A stretch of DNA of 62,767 nucleotides, filler included, from Nemertoderma westbladi (lineage: Eukaryota > Animalia > Xenacoelomorpha), in assembly GCA_032718475.1 (NCBI GenBank). It is 3 parts of 3 records of this genome, joined end to end, with 100 filler letters (N's around TTAATTAATTAA, not from the genome) between each part and the next. Parts side by side here need not be neighbours in the genome. Positions count along the whole stretch, not along the records: positions 1 to 20,103 come from JAUCBJ010001301.1; positions 20,204 to 41,934 come from JAUCBJ010003983.1; 1 more part is not named here. The stretch is one strand, 5' to 3'. Each line of letters begins with the position of its first letter. Position 1 is the first letter of the stretch. Positions 12,136 through 25,035 of this stretch are shown here, piece after piece. The notes below the pieces were generated by a model. It made no database searches, was not told the DNA's origin, and worked only from the letters and a program-made list of their open reading frames with translations. The translations under genes and the position numbers were made by a program.

Positions 12136-15100
12136 CGAATAACAGCGTGCTGCCTTGGAGACACGAATAACAGCGTGCTGCCTTGGAGACACGAATAACA
12201 GCGTGCTGCCTTGGAGACACGAATAACGGCGTGCTGCCTTGGAGACACGAATAACAGCGTGCTGCCTTGGAGACACGAATAACGGCGTGCTGCCTTGGAG
12301 ACACGAATAACAGCGTGCTGCCTTGGAGACACGAATAACAGCGTGCTGCCTTGGAGACACGAATAACAGCGTGCTGCCTTGGAGACACGAATAACAGGGT
12401 GCTACCTTGGAAACACGAATAACAGCGTGCTGTCTTGGAGACACGAATAACATCGTGCTGCCTTGGAGACACGAATAACAGCGTGCTGCCTTGGAGACAC
12501 GAATAACGGCGTGCTGCCTTGGAGACACGAATAACAGCGCGCTGCCTTGGAGGTACTGTACGAATAACAGGGTGCTGCCTTGGAGACACGAATAACAGCG
12601 TGCTGCCTTGGAGACACGAATAACAGCATGCTGCCTTGGAGACACGAATAACAGCGTGCTGCCTTGGAGACACGAATAACGGCGTGCTGCCTTGGAGACA
12701 TGAATAACAGCGTGCTGCCTTGGAGACACGAATAACAGCGTGCTGCCTTGGAGACACGAATAACAGTGTGCTGCCTTGGAGACACGAATAACAGCGTGCT
12801 GCCTTGGAGACACGAATAACAGGGTGCTACCTTGGAAACACGAATAACAGCGTGCTGTCTTGGAGACACGAATAACATCGTGCTGCCTTGGAGACACGAA
12901 TAACAGCGTGCTGCCTTGGAGACACGAATAACGGCGTGCTGCCTTGGAGATACTGTACGAATAACAGCGTGCTGCCTTGGAGACACGAATAACAGCGTAC
13001 TGCCTTGGAGACACGAATAACAGCGTGCTGCCTTGGAGACACGAATAACAGCGTGCTGCCTTGGACGCACGAATAACAGCGTGCTGCCTTGGAGACACGA
13101 ATAACAGCGTGCTGCCTTGGAGACACGAATAACGGCGTGCTGCCATGGAGATAACTGTACGAATAACAGCGTGCTGCCTTGGAGACACGAATAACAGCGT
13201 ACTGCCTTGGAGATACGAATAACGGCGTGTTGCCTTGGAGACATGAATAACAGCGTGCTGCCTTGGAGATACTGTACGAATAACAGCGTGCTGCCTTGGA
13301 TACACGAATAACAGCGTGCTGCCTTGGAGACACGAATAACAGCGTGCTGCCCTGGAGACACGAATAACAGCGTGCTGCCTTGGAGACACGAATAACGGCG
13401 TGCTGCCATGGAGATAACTGTACGAATAACAGCGTGCTGCCTTGGAGACACGAATAACAGCGTGCTGCCTTGGAGATACTGTACGAATAACACCGTGCTG
13501 CCTTGGAGACACGAATAACAGCGTGCTGCCTTGGAGACACGAATAACAGCGTGCTGCCTTGGAGACACGAATAACAGCGTGCTTTCTTGGAAACACGAAT
13601 AACAGCGTGGTGCCGTGGAGACACGAATAACAGCGTGCTGCCTTGGAGACACGAATAACGGCGTGCTGCCTTGGAGACACGAATAACAGCGTGCTGCCTT
13701 GGAGACACGAATAACAGCGTGCTGCCTTGGAGACACGAATAACGGCGTGCTGCCTTGGAGATACTGTACGAATAACGGCGTGCTGCCTTGGAGACACGAA
13801 TAACGGCGTGCTGCCTTGGAGACATGAATAACAGCGTGCTGCCTTGGAGACACGAATAACGGCGTGCTGCCTTGGAAACACGAATAACGGCGTGCTGCCT
13901 TGGAGACATGAATAACAGTGTGCTGCCTTGGAGACACGAATAACAGCGTGCTGCCTTGGAAACACGAATAACAGCGTACTGCCTTGGAGACACGAATAAC
14001 ATCGTGCTGCCTTGGAGACACGAATAAAAGCGTGCTGCCTTGGAGACACGAATAACGGCGTGCTGCCTTGGAGATACTGTATGAATAACAGCGTGCTGCC
14101 TTGGAGACACGAATAACAGCGTACTGCCTTGGAGACACGAATAACAGCGTGCTGCCTTGGAGACACGAATAACAGCGTGCTGCCTTGGAGACACGAATAA
14201 CAGCGTGCTGCCTTCGAGACACGAATAACAGCGTGCTGCCTTGGAGACACGAATAACGGCGTGCTGCCATGGAGATAACTGTACGAATAACAGCGTGCTG
14301 CCTTGAAGACACGAATAACAGCGTACTGCCTTGGAGATACGAATAACGGCGTGTTGCCTTGGAGACATGAATAACAGCGTGCTGCCTTGGAGATACTGTA
14401 CGAATAACAGCGTGCTGCCTTGGATACACGAATATCAGCGTGCTGCCTTGGAGACACGAATAACAGCGTGCTGCCCTGGAGACACGAATAACAGCGTGCT
14501 GCCTTGGAGACACGAATAACGGCGTGCTGCCATGGAGATAACTGTACGAATAACAGCGTGCTGCCTTGGAGACACGAATAACAGCGTGCTGCCTTGGAGA
14601 TACTGTACGAATAACACCGTGCTGCCTTGGAGACACGAATAACAGCGTGCTGCCTTGGAGACACGAATAACAGCGTGCTGCCTTGGAGACACGAATAACA
14701 GCGTGCTTTCTTGGAAACACGAATAACAGCGTGGTGCCGTGGAGACACGAATAACAGCGTGCTGCCTTGGAGACACGAATAACGGCGTGCTGCCTTGGAG
14801 ACACGAATAACAGCGTGCTGCCTTGGAGACACGAATAACAGCGTGCTGCCTTGGAGACACGAATAACGGCGTGCTGCCTTGGAGATACTGTACGAATAAC
14901 GGCGTGCTGCCTTGGAGACACGAATAACGGCGTGCTGCCTTGGAGACATGAATAACAGCGTGCTGCCTTGGAGACACGAATAACGGCGTGCTGCCTTGGA
15001 AACACGAATAACGGCGTGCTGCCTTGGAGACATGAATAACAGTGTGCTGCCTTGGAGACACGAATAACAGCGTGCTGCCTTGGAAACACGAATAACAGCG

Positions 15101-18100
15101 TACTGCCTTGGAGACACGAATAACATCGTGCTGCCTTGGAGACACGAATAAAAGCGTGCTGCCTTGGAGACACGAATAACGGCGTGCTGCCTTGGAGATA
15201 CTGTATGAATAACAGCGTGCTGCCTTGGAGACACGAATAACAGCGTACTGCCTTGGAGACACGAATAACAGCGTGCTGCCTTGGAGACACGAATAACAGC
15301 GTGCTGCCTTGGACGCACGAATAACAGCGTGCTGCCTTGGAGACACGAATAACAGCGTGCTGCCTTCGAGACACGAATAACAGCGTGCTGCCTTGGAGAC
15401 ACGAATAACGGCGTGCTGCCATGGAGATAACTGTACGAATAACAGCGTGCTGCCTTGAAGACACGAATAACAGCGTACTGCCTTGGAGATACGAATAACG
15501 GCGTGTTGCCTTGGAGACATGAATAACAGCGTGCTGCCTTGGAGATACTGTACGAATAACAGCGTGCTGCCTTGGATACACGAATATCAGCGTGCTGCCT
15601 TGGAGACACGAATAACAGCGTGCTGCCCTGGAGACACGAATAACAGCGTGCTGCCTTGGAGACACGAATAACGGCGTGTTGCCATGGAGATAACTGTACG
15701 AATAACAGCGTGCTGCCTTGGAGACACGAATAACAGCGTGCTGCCTTGGAGATACTGTACGAATAACACCGTGCTGCCTTGGAGACACGAATAACAGCGT
15801 GCTGCCTTGGAGACACGAATAACAGCGTGCTGCCTTGGAGACACGAATAACAGCGTGCTTTCTTGGAAACACGAATAACAGCGTGGTGCCGTGGAGACAC
15901 GAATAACAGCGTGCTGCCTTGGAGACACGAATAACGGCGTGCTGCCTTGGAGACACGAATAACAGCGTGCTGCCTTGGAGACACGAATAACAGCGTGCTG
16001 CCTTGGAGACACGAATAACGGCGTGCTGCCTTGGAGATACTGTACGAATAACGGCGTGCTGCCTTGGAGACACGAATAACGGCGTGCTGCCTTGGAGACA
16101 TGAATAACAGCGTGCTGCCTTGGAGACACGAATAACGGCGTGCTGCCATGGAGATAACTGTACGAATAACAGCGTGCTGCCTTGGAGACACGAATAACGG
16201 CGTGCTGCCTTGGAGACATGAATAACAGTGTGCTGCCTTGGAGACACGAATAACAGCGTGCTGCCTTGGAAACACGAATAACAGAGTACTGCCTTGGCGA
16301 CACGAATAACATCGTGCTGCCTTGGAGACACGAATAACAGCGTGCTGCCTTGGAGACACGAATAACAGCGTGCTGCCTTGGAGACACGAATAACAGCGTG
16401 CTGCCCTGGAGACACGAATAACAGCGCGCTGCCTTGGAGACACGAATAACGGCGTGCTGCCTTGGAGACACGAATAACGGCGTGCTGCCTTGGAGACACG
16501 AATAACAGCGTGCTGCCTTGGAGACACGAATAACGGCGTGCTGCCTTGGAGATACTGTACGAATAACGGCGTGCTGCCTTGGAGACACGAATAACAGCGT
16601 GCTGCCTTGGAGACACGAATAACAGCGTGCTGCCTTGGAGACACGAATAACAGCGTGCTGCCCTGGAGACACGAATAACAGCGCGCTGCCTTGGAGACAC
16701 GAATAACGGCGTGCTGCCTTGGAGACACGAATAACAGCGTGCTGCCTTGGAGACACGAATAACAGCGTGCTGCCTTGGAGACACGAATAACAGCGTGCTG
16801 CCCTGGAGACACGAATAACAGCGCGCTGCCTTGGAGACACGAATAACGGCGTGCTGCCTTGGAGATACTGTACGAATAACGGCGTGCTGCCTTGGAGACA
16901 CGAATAACAGCGTGCTGCCTTGGAGACACGAATAACAGCGTGCTGCCTTGGAGACACGAATAACAGCGTGCTGTGCTGCCTTGGAGACACGAATAACAGC
17001 GTGCTGCCCTGGAGACACGAATAACAGCGCGCTGCCTTGGAGACACGAATAACGGCGTGCAGCCTTGGAGATACTGTACGAATAACGGCGTGCTGCCTTG
17101 GAGACACGAATAACAGCGTGCTGCCTTGGAGACACGAATAACAGCGTGCTGCCTTGGAGACACGAATAACAGCGTGCTGCCCTGGAGACACGAATAACAG
17201 CGCCCTGCCTTGGAGACACGAATAACGGCGTGCTGCCTTGGAGACACGAATAACGGCGTGCTGCCTTGGAGACACGAATAACGGCGTGCAGCCTTGGAGA
17301 TACTGTACGAATAACGGCGTGCTGCCTTGGAGACACGAATAACAGCGTGCTGCCTTGGAGACACGAATAACAGCGTGCTGCCTTGGAGACACGAATAACA
17401 GCGTGCTGCCCTGGAGACACGAATAACAGCGCCCTGCCTTGGAGACACGAATAACGGCGTGCTGCCTTGGAGACACGAATAACGGCGTGCTGCCTTGGAG
17501 ACACGAATAACAGCGTGCTGCCTTGGAGACACGAATAACAGCGTGCTGCCTTGGAGACACGAATAACAGCGTGCTGCCCTGGAGACACGAATAACAGCGC
17601 GCTGCCTTGGAGACACGAATAACGGCGTGCTGCCTTGGAGACACGAATAACAGGGTGCTGCCTTGGAGACACGAATAACGGCGTGCTGCCTTGGAGACAC
17701 GAATAACAGCGTGCTGCCTTGGAGACACGAATAACAGCGTGCTGCCTTGGAGACACGAATAACAGCGTGCTGCCTTGGAGACACGAATAACAGCGTGCTG
17801 CCCTGGAGACACGAATAACAGCGCCCTGCCTTGGAGACACGAATAACGGCGTGCTGCCTTGGAGACACGAATAACGGCGTGCTGCCTTGGAGACACGAAT
17901 AACAGCGTGCTGCCTTGGAGACACGAATAACAGCGTGCTGCCTTGGAGACACGAATAACAGCGTGCTGCCCTGGAGACACGAATAACAGCGCGCTGCCTT
18001 GGAGACACGAATAACGGCGTGCTGCCTTGGAGACACGAATAACAGGGTGCTGCCTTGGAGACACGAATAACAGCGCGCTGCCTTGGAGACACGAATAACG

Positions 18101-18364
18101 GCGTGCTGCCTTGGAGACACGAATAACGGCGTGCTGCCTTGGAGACACGAATAACGGCATGCTGCCTTGGAGACACGAATAACAGCGTGCTGCCTTGGAG
18201 ACACAAATAACAGCGCGCTGCCTTGGAGACACGAATAACAGCGTGCTGCCTTGGAGACACGAATAACGGCGTGCTGCCTTGGAGACACGAATAACAGCGC
18301 GCTGCCTTGGAGACACGAATAACGGCGTGCTGCCTTGGAGACACGAATAACGGCGTGCTGCCTT
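12136..18364. repeat. Minisatellite, 28-bp unit, ~220 copies, with higher-order structure
   Basis: CGAATAACAGCGTGCTGCCTTGGAGACA repeated; longer variants carry TACTGTA/TAACTGTA; a rare variant (AGATAC..GTGTTG) recurs at ~13211, ~14335 and ~15487. Confidence 0.98.
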
Positions 18365-19041
18365 GCCTGAAATGTGTTTCGTTGATACACGAATAGGTTA
18401 TTAGCTTATTGATAAGAATATTCGGTTGTGAGTCGGGCTAATCTCGCAATGCAATCGTTTCACTGGGGAGCTACTGTGTGTCCGAAGTTGGGATGGGAGG
18501 GGGGGGGGGGGGGGGGGGGTACCAACTGAAAAATAACGCTACGATTGATAAAGTTGCAGAATGGGGGATTAAACTGAATAATTACAATTTATTTTCTCCT
18601 GCGAATTAAAATAAATGATTATAAAGTTTTTGTGACTCTCTTATCCGCAATCTCAAGAGTCCCCCCCCCCCCCCCCCCCCCAACTCATGTTAATATACAA
18701 CAGAATGATTCGCTTGACTCTTGATTGACATATACAAGATTACCATCATATTTAATTGAAACTTGTGGTATCCCCTAGCAACCCATATTTTTTTGGGATT
18801 CAAACTATTTGATTTCCATTATTCAGCACTTTTTCCTTTGAAGGTTAAATCTCTTGGGCCTATTAATAATTCAGTTAGGTTGCAATTTCTTCTACCGATG
18901 CTGATCCCCTTGTCAACTTCTAGTATTGGCCAATACAACTAACAATAAGGGGTAGGCTCATCTTACCCATTGAATGGCGGCAATCTCCTTTCTCCTTTGA
19001 TTAATTTATGGTGACCTCTGGCAGAGCAGCAAAGCTGGTTT

Positions 19042-20103
19042 CATATTCGGGGATTGGAAACCCTTGGACTCTAACATATTCGGGGATTGGAAACCCTTGG
19101 ACTCTAACATACTCGGGGATTGGAAACCCTTGGACTCTAACATATTCGGGGATTGGAAACCCTTGGACTCTAACATATTCGGGGATTGGAAACCCTTGGA
19201 CTCTAACATATTCGGGGATTGGAAACCCTTGGACTCTAACATATTCGGGGATTGGAAACCCTTGGACTCTAACATACTCGGGGATTGGAAACCCTTGGAC
19301 TCTAACATATTCGGGGATTGGAAACCCTTGGACTCTAACATACTCGGGGATTGGAAACCCTTGGACTCTAACATATTCGGGGATTGGAAACCCTTGGACT
19401 CTAACATACTCGGGGAGTGGAAACCCTTGGACTCTAACATATTCGGGGATTGGAAACCCTTGGACTCTAACATACTCGGGGATTGGAAACCCTTGGACTC
19501 TAACATATTCGGGGATTGGAAACCCCCCTTGGACTCTAACATATTCGGGGATTGGAAACCCTTGGACTCTAACATACTCGGGGATTGGAAACCCTTGGAC
19601 TCTAACATATTCGGGGATTGGAAACCCTTGGACTCTAACATATTCGGGGATTGGAAACCCTTGGACTCTAACATATTCGGGGATTGGAAACCCTTGGACT
19701 CTAACATACTCCGGGGATTGGAAACCCTTGGACTCTAACATATTCGGGGAATTGGAAACCCTTGGACTCTAACATACTCAGGGGATTGGAAACCCCTTGG
19801 ACTCTAACATATTCGGGGATTGGAAACCCTTGGACTCTAAACATATTCGGGATTGGAAACCCTTGGACTCTAACATACTCGGGGATTGGGAAACCCTTGG
19901 ACTCTAACATATTCGGGGATCGGAAACCCTTGGACTCTAACATACTCGGGGATTGGAAACCCTTGGACTCTAACATATTCGGGGATTGGAAACCCTTGGA
20001 CTCTAACATACTCTGGGGATTGGAAACCCTTGGACTCTAACATATTCGGGGATTGGAAACCCTTGGACTCTAACATACTCGGGGATTGGAAACCCTTGGA
20101 CTC
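19042..20103. repeat. Minisatellite, 33-bp unit, ~32 copies, runs into gap
   Basis: CATATTCGGGGATTGGAAACCCTTGGACTCTAA repeated; indel noise rises toward the contig end. Confidence 0.98.
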
Positions 20104-20203
20104 NNNNNNNNNNNNNNNNNNNNNNNNNNNNNNNNNNNNNNNNNNNNTTAATTAATTAANNNNNNNNNNNNNNNNNNNNNNNNNNNNNNNNNNNNNNNNN
20201 NNN
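20104..20203. other. Assembly gap (N44-TTAATTAATTAA-N44 linker)
   Basis: 100-bp N block with a central six-frame stop linker; identical to the gap at 41935. Confidence 0.98.
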
Positions 20204-20312
20204 AACACAGACTCATTGATCAGACTATGATGTATTTGGTAACACAGACTCATTGATCAGACTATAATGTATTTGGTAACACAGACTCATTGATCAGACT
20301 ATGATGTATTTG
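20204..20312. repeat. 37-bp tandem repeat, 3 copies, abutting gap
   Basis: AACACAGACTCATTGATCAGACTATGATGTATTTGGT x3; probably the end of a longer array lost in the gap. Confidence 0.88.
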
Positions 20313-20761
20313 CAGTTATTGCAGATATTTCTTTAATTTTGTCGATTTGGATAAATGTGATCAAATTCTTATCAACGGTAGAGCAAATACTTCCATTCCG
20401 TTTCTTATTATCTGCTGCAACATTTTAGCTATTAAAAATCTCATTATTTGTTATTATTAATAACAAGCAGGCCTAGTGTGTAAGTAGGCTACGTAACCTA
20501 GGCTACGTAAACTGAGAGTTTAATTTACTTGCCCTACAGTATTTATTACAATTAAGAATATAATGGGAAAAATTGTAGAAAACTAACTACCAGTTGGTTC
20601 AGTTAGTTCACCAACTACCATAGTAACTAATAATGGTAAGATAATTAATTTAGTTATATAGGGTTGCGTTGTCCTGGTCTGGGATATAACTTAGTTAAAT
20701 ACCATTTGTCTCCAGCTTTTGAAGAAATCATGGTTTGATCGCACACCCAACCGTTTGATCG

Positions 20762-20957
20762 CTCCTAGCTTGACACTTGAACGGACCCGCCTCCGCTTTG
20801 CAGTACATTGCTTTCGCCGTGAGGACCAGCCAGTGCATAATCTTGTACTTTGGCAGCCTCATGGAATGAATAAGCATGGTGGACAGCCCATGACTTTCTT
20901 GAGACGCATCTTAAAGGAAAGTGGCCTTGAAGTTGCGGATGATCTAGCAAATGTCAT
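20762..20957 (+). mobile_element. Short fragment of the RTE LINE family found at 39530-41934
   Basis: Encodes SLTLERTRLRFAVHCFRREDQPVHNLVLWQPHGMNKHGGQPMTFLRRILK, near-identical to the C-terminus of ORF 39572..41773; no 3' tail. Confidence 0.92.
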
Positions 20958-21393
20958 CAGTATCGGTATCATCCGTTCTGATGAGAAATTGAATTTTAAG
21001 GGCAACGTTCTGGAGGTTGTATGCAATTATACCTACATAGGGGTAAATCTTTCTTTTTCAGGCTCCTTCTATGCAGCCCAGAGTGCGCTAGCTGATTAGG
21101 CTAGCAAAGCATACTATTCACTATTGGGATACTTCAACGAATTCCCGTTTTTGTCTATAAAAACAATGATATCTATTTACAACATTCTTATAAGGCCGAT
21201 TCTAGAATATGGAAGCCATGTCTGGGGCTTCCTTGCGTGTCAGGATGTCGAGAAATTGCACCTTAAATTCTTGAAAAGAATATTGAATTGTCGTGCTTAC
21301 ACTCCAAACTTCAGTCTTCGGGGTGGTTGGTGTTTTCCCCCTGGAAATCAGAAGAAAATTATGATTTTAGGTTACTGAAGCAAACGTACACAT

Positions 21394-23009
21394 CCCTATT
21401 AGTACCGGGCTATAAAATGTTGTACAAATACCGGAGGGTGGGGGGGTCATATTGACCCCCCCCCCCCCCCCCCCCCCCCCCTCTAAAATCTACAAATTTT
21501 TAAGAAAACGTCTGATTTTTTTGTTTGTACGTAGGTATCACTATTCTGGATCCGACCGAAAATAAAAATTTTCATAAAACGTACTGGGGTGGTTATATTG
21601 CAGCACCAAAATTACAAGTAGTGCACAATTTTCACAAAATTTGAAAGTTACATTTTTCGACTAATTGTATTTCAATACAGGTTTTCTGGGGCGCAAAATA
21701 CATTGGAAAATATTTAAAAATGTTATGATTACTATAAATGGCTGTTTAGTCCTCTCTGCGTAGGAAAAAAAATGAAAAAAAAACAAGTAACCAGCACTTT
21801 TCAGTTAGAACACAAAATTTTTAATTCACTTATACGATGCTATAAATTCACATTTTCACGTTTTCTAGGGCGCTGATTCTAATTGAATACATTTCTAATA
21901 TGCCAGATCATTGCTACTTGTATTTTTCAGCGTAATTTGGCAAATTTTGGTGCTAGCACCAAATTTCGTACCCATCACCAAAAAGTACAAGTTTGCGATG
22001 TCCAGTGCTGTTTTTATTGATTCCCGTGAGGGAATCTGGCCCGTGAGGACCAGCCAGTGCATAATCTTGTACTTTGGCAGCCCCATGGAGTGAATAAGCA
22101 TGGTGGACAGCCCATGATTTTCTTGAGACGCATCTTAAAGGACACTGGCCTTGAAGATGCGGGTGATCTAGCAAATGTCATGGGTGATACTGAGTTGTGG
22201 CGGTGTAATTTTGTTGACAAGCCGGCACAACATTCTTAAAAATGCAGCTGCAATGTAGCATGCCGATCTTAGTAGTTATTGATTCCACCGGATTCAGGAC
22301 CCTCATAAACCCGTATAACGCAAGAAACAAGATAATACTATCTAACGCAAGAAACAAGATGATACTATCTACTGATCAATTTGCTTATTTTCAAAAATTT
22401 GGTGCTGGTACAACAATTTTCACCCACCGGCGAAAAATACAAGTTTGAGATGTCTAGTTCGAAATTATATATTCCATTGAATTCAAAACAGCCATAAACC
22501 TCTAAAACGCATGAAATATATTGTCACAAGCAATTGTATCAATTGAATGGATTTTCAAAATTTTGTGCTAGCACCAAAATTTGCACACAGCACCGAAAAA
22601 TACAAGTTTCATACGCTTGGTGCAACTCGTATATATTCCATCGAAACCAGAACCCCAAAAAACCCCAATTGCGTAAAAAACAAGTTTCACACAATCAATT
22701 TACAAAATTGACATATTTAAAAATTTGGTGCTGGCACCAAAATTTGGCACCCGCCGAAAAAAAACAAGTTAGAAATTTCTAAATCAATTTATATGAATTC
22801 CATCCAATTGCTAACACCCAAAAACCGGTGTAAATCAAAAATAGAGATGTTACAAATCATATTTAATGAACTGTAATTTTTAAAAACGTCTCAAAAAAAG
22901 TGCCAAATGTGCCAAAAAGTGTCAGAATTATAACAAAAGAACCACGGGGGGGGGGGGGGGGGTGGTCATATTGACCCCCCCCCCCCCACCCCCCCCGGGT
23001 TTAATAGGG
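21394..23009. mobile_element. Non-autonomous piggyBac-like DNA element
   Basis: Termini CCCTATTAGTACCGGG ... CCCGGGTTTAATAGGG followed by TTAA (23010-23013); GGTCATATTGACC palindrome near both ends; left TTAA not preserved; non-coding interior. Confidence 0.7.
22025..22275 (+). mobile_element. 5'-truncated RTE LINE copy with (TAG)n tail and 11-bp TSD
   Basis: Matches the 3' end of the 39530-41934 element through the stop codon and 3' UTR to TAGTAG; flanked by TTATTGATTCC at 22014-22024 and 22276-22286. Confidence 0.93.
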
Positions 23010-23205
23010 TTAAGTCACTTAACAGGAAAACTTGGGTTTCTCAAGTAAAGGAATTTTTAAATAATACCGGTAATAGCTGGGCAGTGGGTTCCGGACGAGA
23101 TCTACTTCTTAGCTATTATTAAGAGGACTACTTTAGAGGACCAGTACCAATACAAACATGGTACGCTGATATGGCGGCATCGCCTAAGGGCTTTCTTTAT
23201 GTTAA

Positions 23206-24029
23206 GGGGGGGGGGGGGGGGGGGGGGTAGCACCCCCTTATTTTGGAAATTAACAAAAAGTTTTTTAATCAGTTTTCTCATATCTTTTTTCAAACTCAAG
23301 TTATTACCCAAAACGTAAGAGCTAGTCTGATTTTTGTAAAGCCTTCGAGCAACACTATATTTTACAATTGTGTGGGGCCCTTTTCATAAAAAAGGCTCTC
23401 ACGGTACAGATATGTATACAATTCTTAACTAGTTTTACTAGTTATCTGTTTAGCAAGCATGAACAATTTCGTTGAATTTCATTCATTTTTGACAAAGTTA
23501 TTGACGAACATAGAAAATTGGTATTATCTACTGTAAAATAGCGGGAAGGTTTGAATTGTTCCTTAAACTTTAAACACCCATATCTCAGAATGACGTTTTT
23601 TCATGAAAAAGGCTATTTCTCCGCCAATTTTAACTGAAATGAGATGATATTTGGTACACTTGTTAAGATTACCCTTCTCCATACTTCTTCTTAACAAAGC
23701 CCTTTTTTGGGGCCTTTTTGTTCTAAAAAGGCTCCAGAGCATTTGAGGCAAAATTTGTTAACAAGAATTGGATGCAGGGTTCTTCTGAACCTATAATCCA
23801 AATTTCAACAAATATTGGTGGAGAAATAGCCCTTGGCGCAAAAAGGCCCTTTTGGCCATTACGGAGCCATTTTGGAACCAATTTTAAAAATATTTGGTTT
23901 GGCTATTTTCAGACAGTCCAGACGATGTTTAGTAGCAGAAAAATAATTTTCACCCAATTTTATGGTCCAGAGACACAAAAATGTGAGATTCAATTTGGGG
24001 GTGCTACCCACCACCCCCCCCCCCCCCCC
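23206..24029. mobile_element. Non-autonomous Kolobok-like DNA element
   Basis: TTAA on both sides (23202-23205, 24030-24033); TIRs Gn-GGGTAGCACCCCC / GGGGGTGCTACCC-Cn; GG..CC termini plus TTAA TSD fit Kolobok; the host LINE is colinear across it. Confidence 0.8.
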
Positions 24030-24791
24030 TTAAGGATAGGTTTGTGTCTGAACATACCTATGTAGCTTGGGTGACCACCCTATTCTACGTAGGGCCATCT
24101 CGCGCTTCAGATGTGGTTCCCATAACCTCTGTATTGAAACAGGAAGGTGGACAAATATTGCCAGGGAAAACAAGTTGTGTACCCAATACAACGATTCACA
24201 AATTGAGGACGAAATGCATTTTGTCCTGGAATATAGTCTTTATTAAAATATTAGGATTGAATTAATACCATTCCACTATCACCGCCATTTCAGTTTATAA
24301 ATATTATGATTTGTTTAGCGAATCTAACAGCTCTCTCTGCCGCCTGTGCTGGTTAATTTAGGAATTTACATTATAAAAGCTACTAAGATGAGAAATCCCT
24401 AACCTGCTCAGATTTGTGGGTAACAATCATTGTTAGTTGCTGTTTGACTACTGTACATGCAATTCATTATCTGCCATTTCTTGTTTTTTCTTTCTTGTAC
24501 TGTAATGTGCTTAAATTGTAGCTGGGACCTGCCGGAGTCAAGAGTCATATGCATTATCGCATGATTGTGACACTTTATTGTGTTAGTACGGTGCATCAAT
24601 AACATACTAAAAAAGTAATCCTACACCTATTTCACAGAAGTCTATTTCTTAACCAATGGTTGTTACTCTCTTGCTGGTTTTGTAAATTATCTACTGTCGT
24701 CATAATTGAGTTGTCACAATTATTTTTTTAGAATATCTCACTATTGCTTATATCTAAGATATCTAAGATAGGTTTATTGCATGGTGCGTAT

Positions 24792-25035
24792 ATTGATTGA
24801 TTGATTGATTGATTGATTTTTTTTTACACTGGTGGTAGAGCTGGCTAAAAACGTACTGCACCGAACATAATTACTAACTGTAAGGGGACATGTCGTAAAA
24901 TGTTAAGTAAATTACATAATAGTTATTTGAGTGTGTAAAGTAAAAACATTCGATTATAAAAAAAATTGTGAATTAAAACCAAGTGTAAGGATAGCCTCAT
25001 GAGGTATTAAACCTCGTTTCCATGAGGGTCCTATA
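24792..25035 (-). mobile_element. Possible LINE 3' UTR remnant with stem-loop and (AATC)n tail
   Basis: Minus strand has a CCTCATG..CATGAGG stem-loop (~24995-25030), then A9 and ~6 AATC units (24792-24825). No coding support. Confidence 0.35.

Larger units (their letters stand above)
20985..24390 (+). mobile_element. Old degenerate APE-type LINE 3' part (RT thumb to C-terminal Zn-finger), split by two DNA-transposon insertions
   Basis: Colinear pieces: LEVVCNYTYIGV...IYNILIRPILEYGSHVWG...EKLHLKFLKRIL (20990-21390), KTWVSQVKEFL (~23020-23200), RAISRFRCGSHNLCIETGRW...IEDEMHFVL (~24035-24240). Clade (RTEX/CR1/L2 group) not resolved. Confidence 0.8.

Noticed and set aside
12091-18390. 2099-aa and 1980-aa minus-strand ORFs as real proteins
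   Set aside because: The 28-bp unit lacks minus-strand stops, so all three frames give the same cyclic peptide.
18486-18685. G-run and C-run with AGTTGGG/CCCAACT inverted ends, a possible MITE
   Set aside because: Only 7 bp of non-homopolymer match and no TSD; long G/C runs are common throughout the window.
19001-20155. Repeat ORFs (VQGFPIPEYVR etc.) and a possible exon ending at GG|GTAAG near 18966
   Set aside because: Translations of the 33-bp unit; all three minus frames leaving the array hit stops before the donor-like site.
20148-20159. TTAATTAATTAA island inside N runs (also 41979-41990)
   Set aside because: Artificial six-frame-stop scaffold linker.
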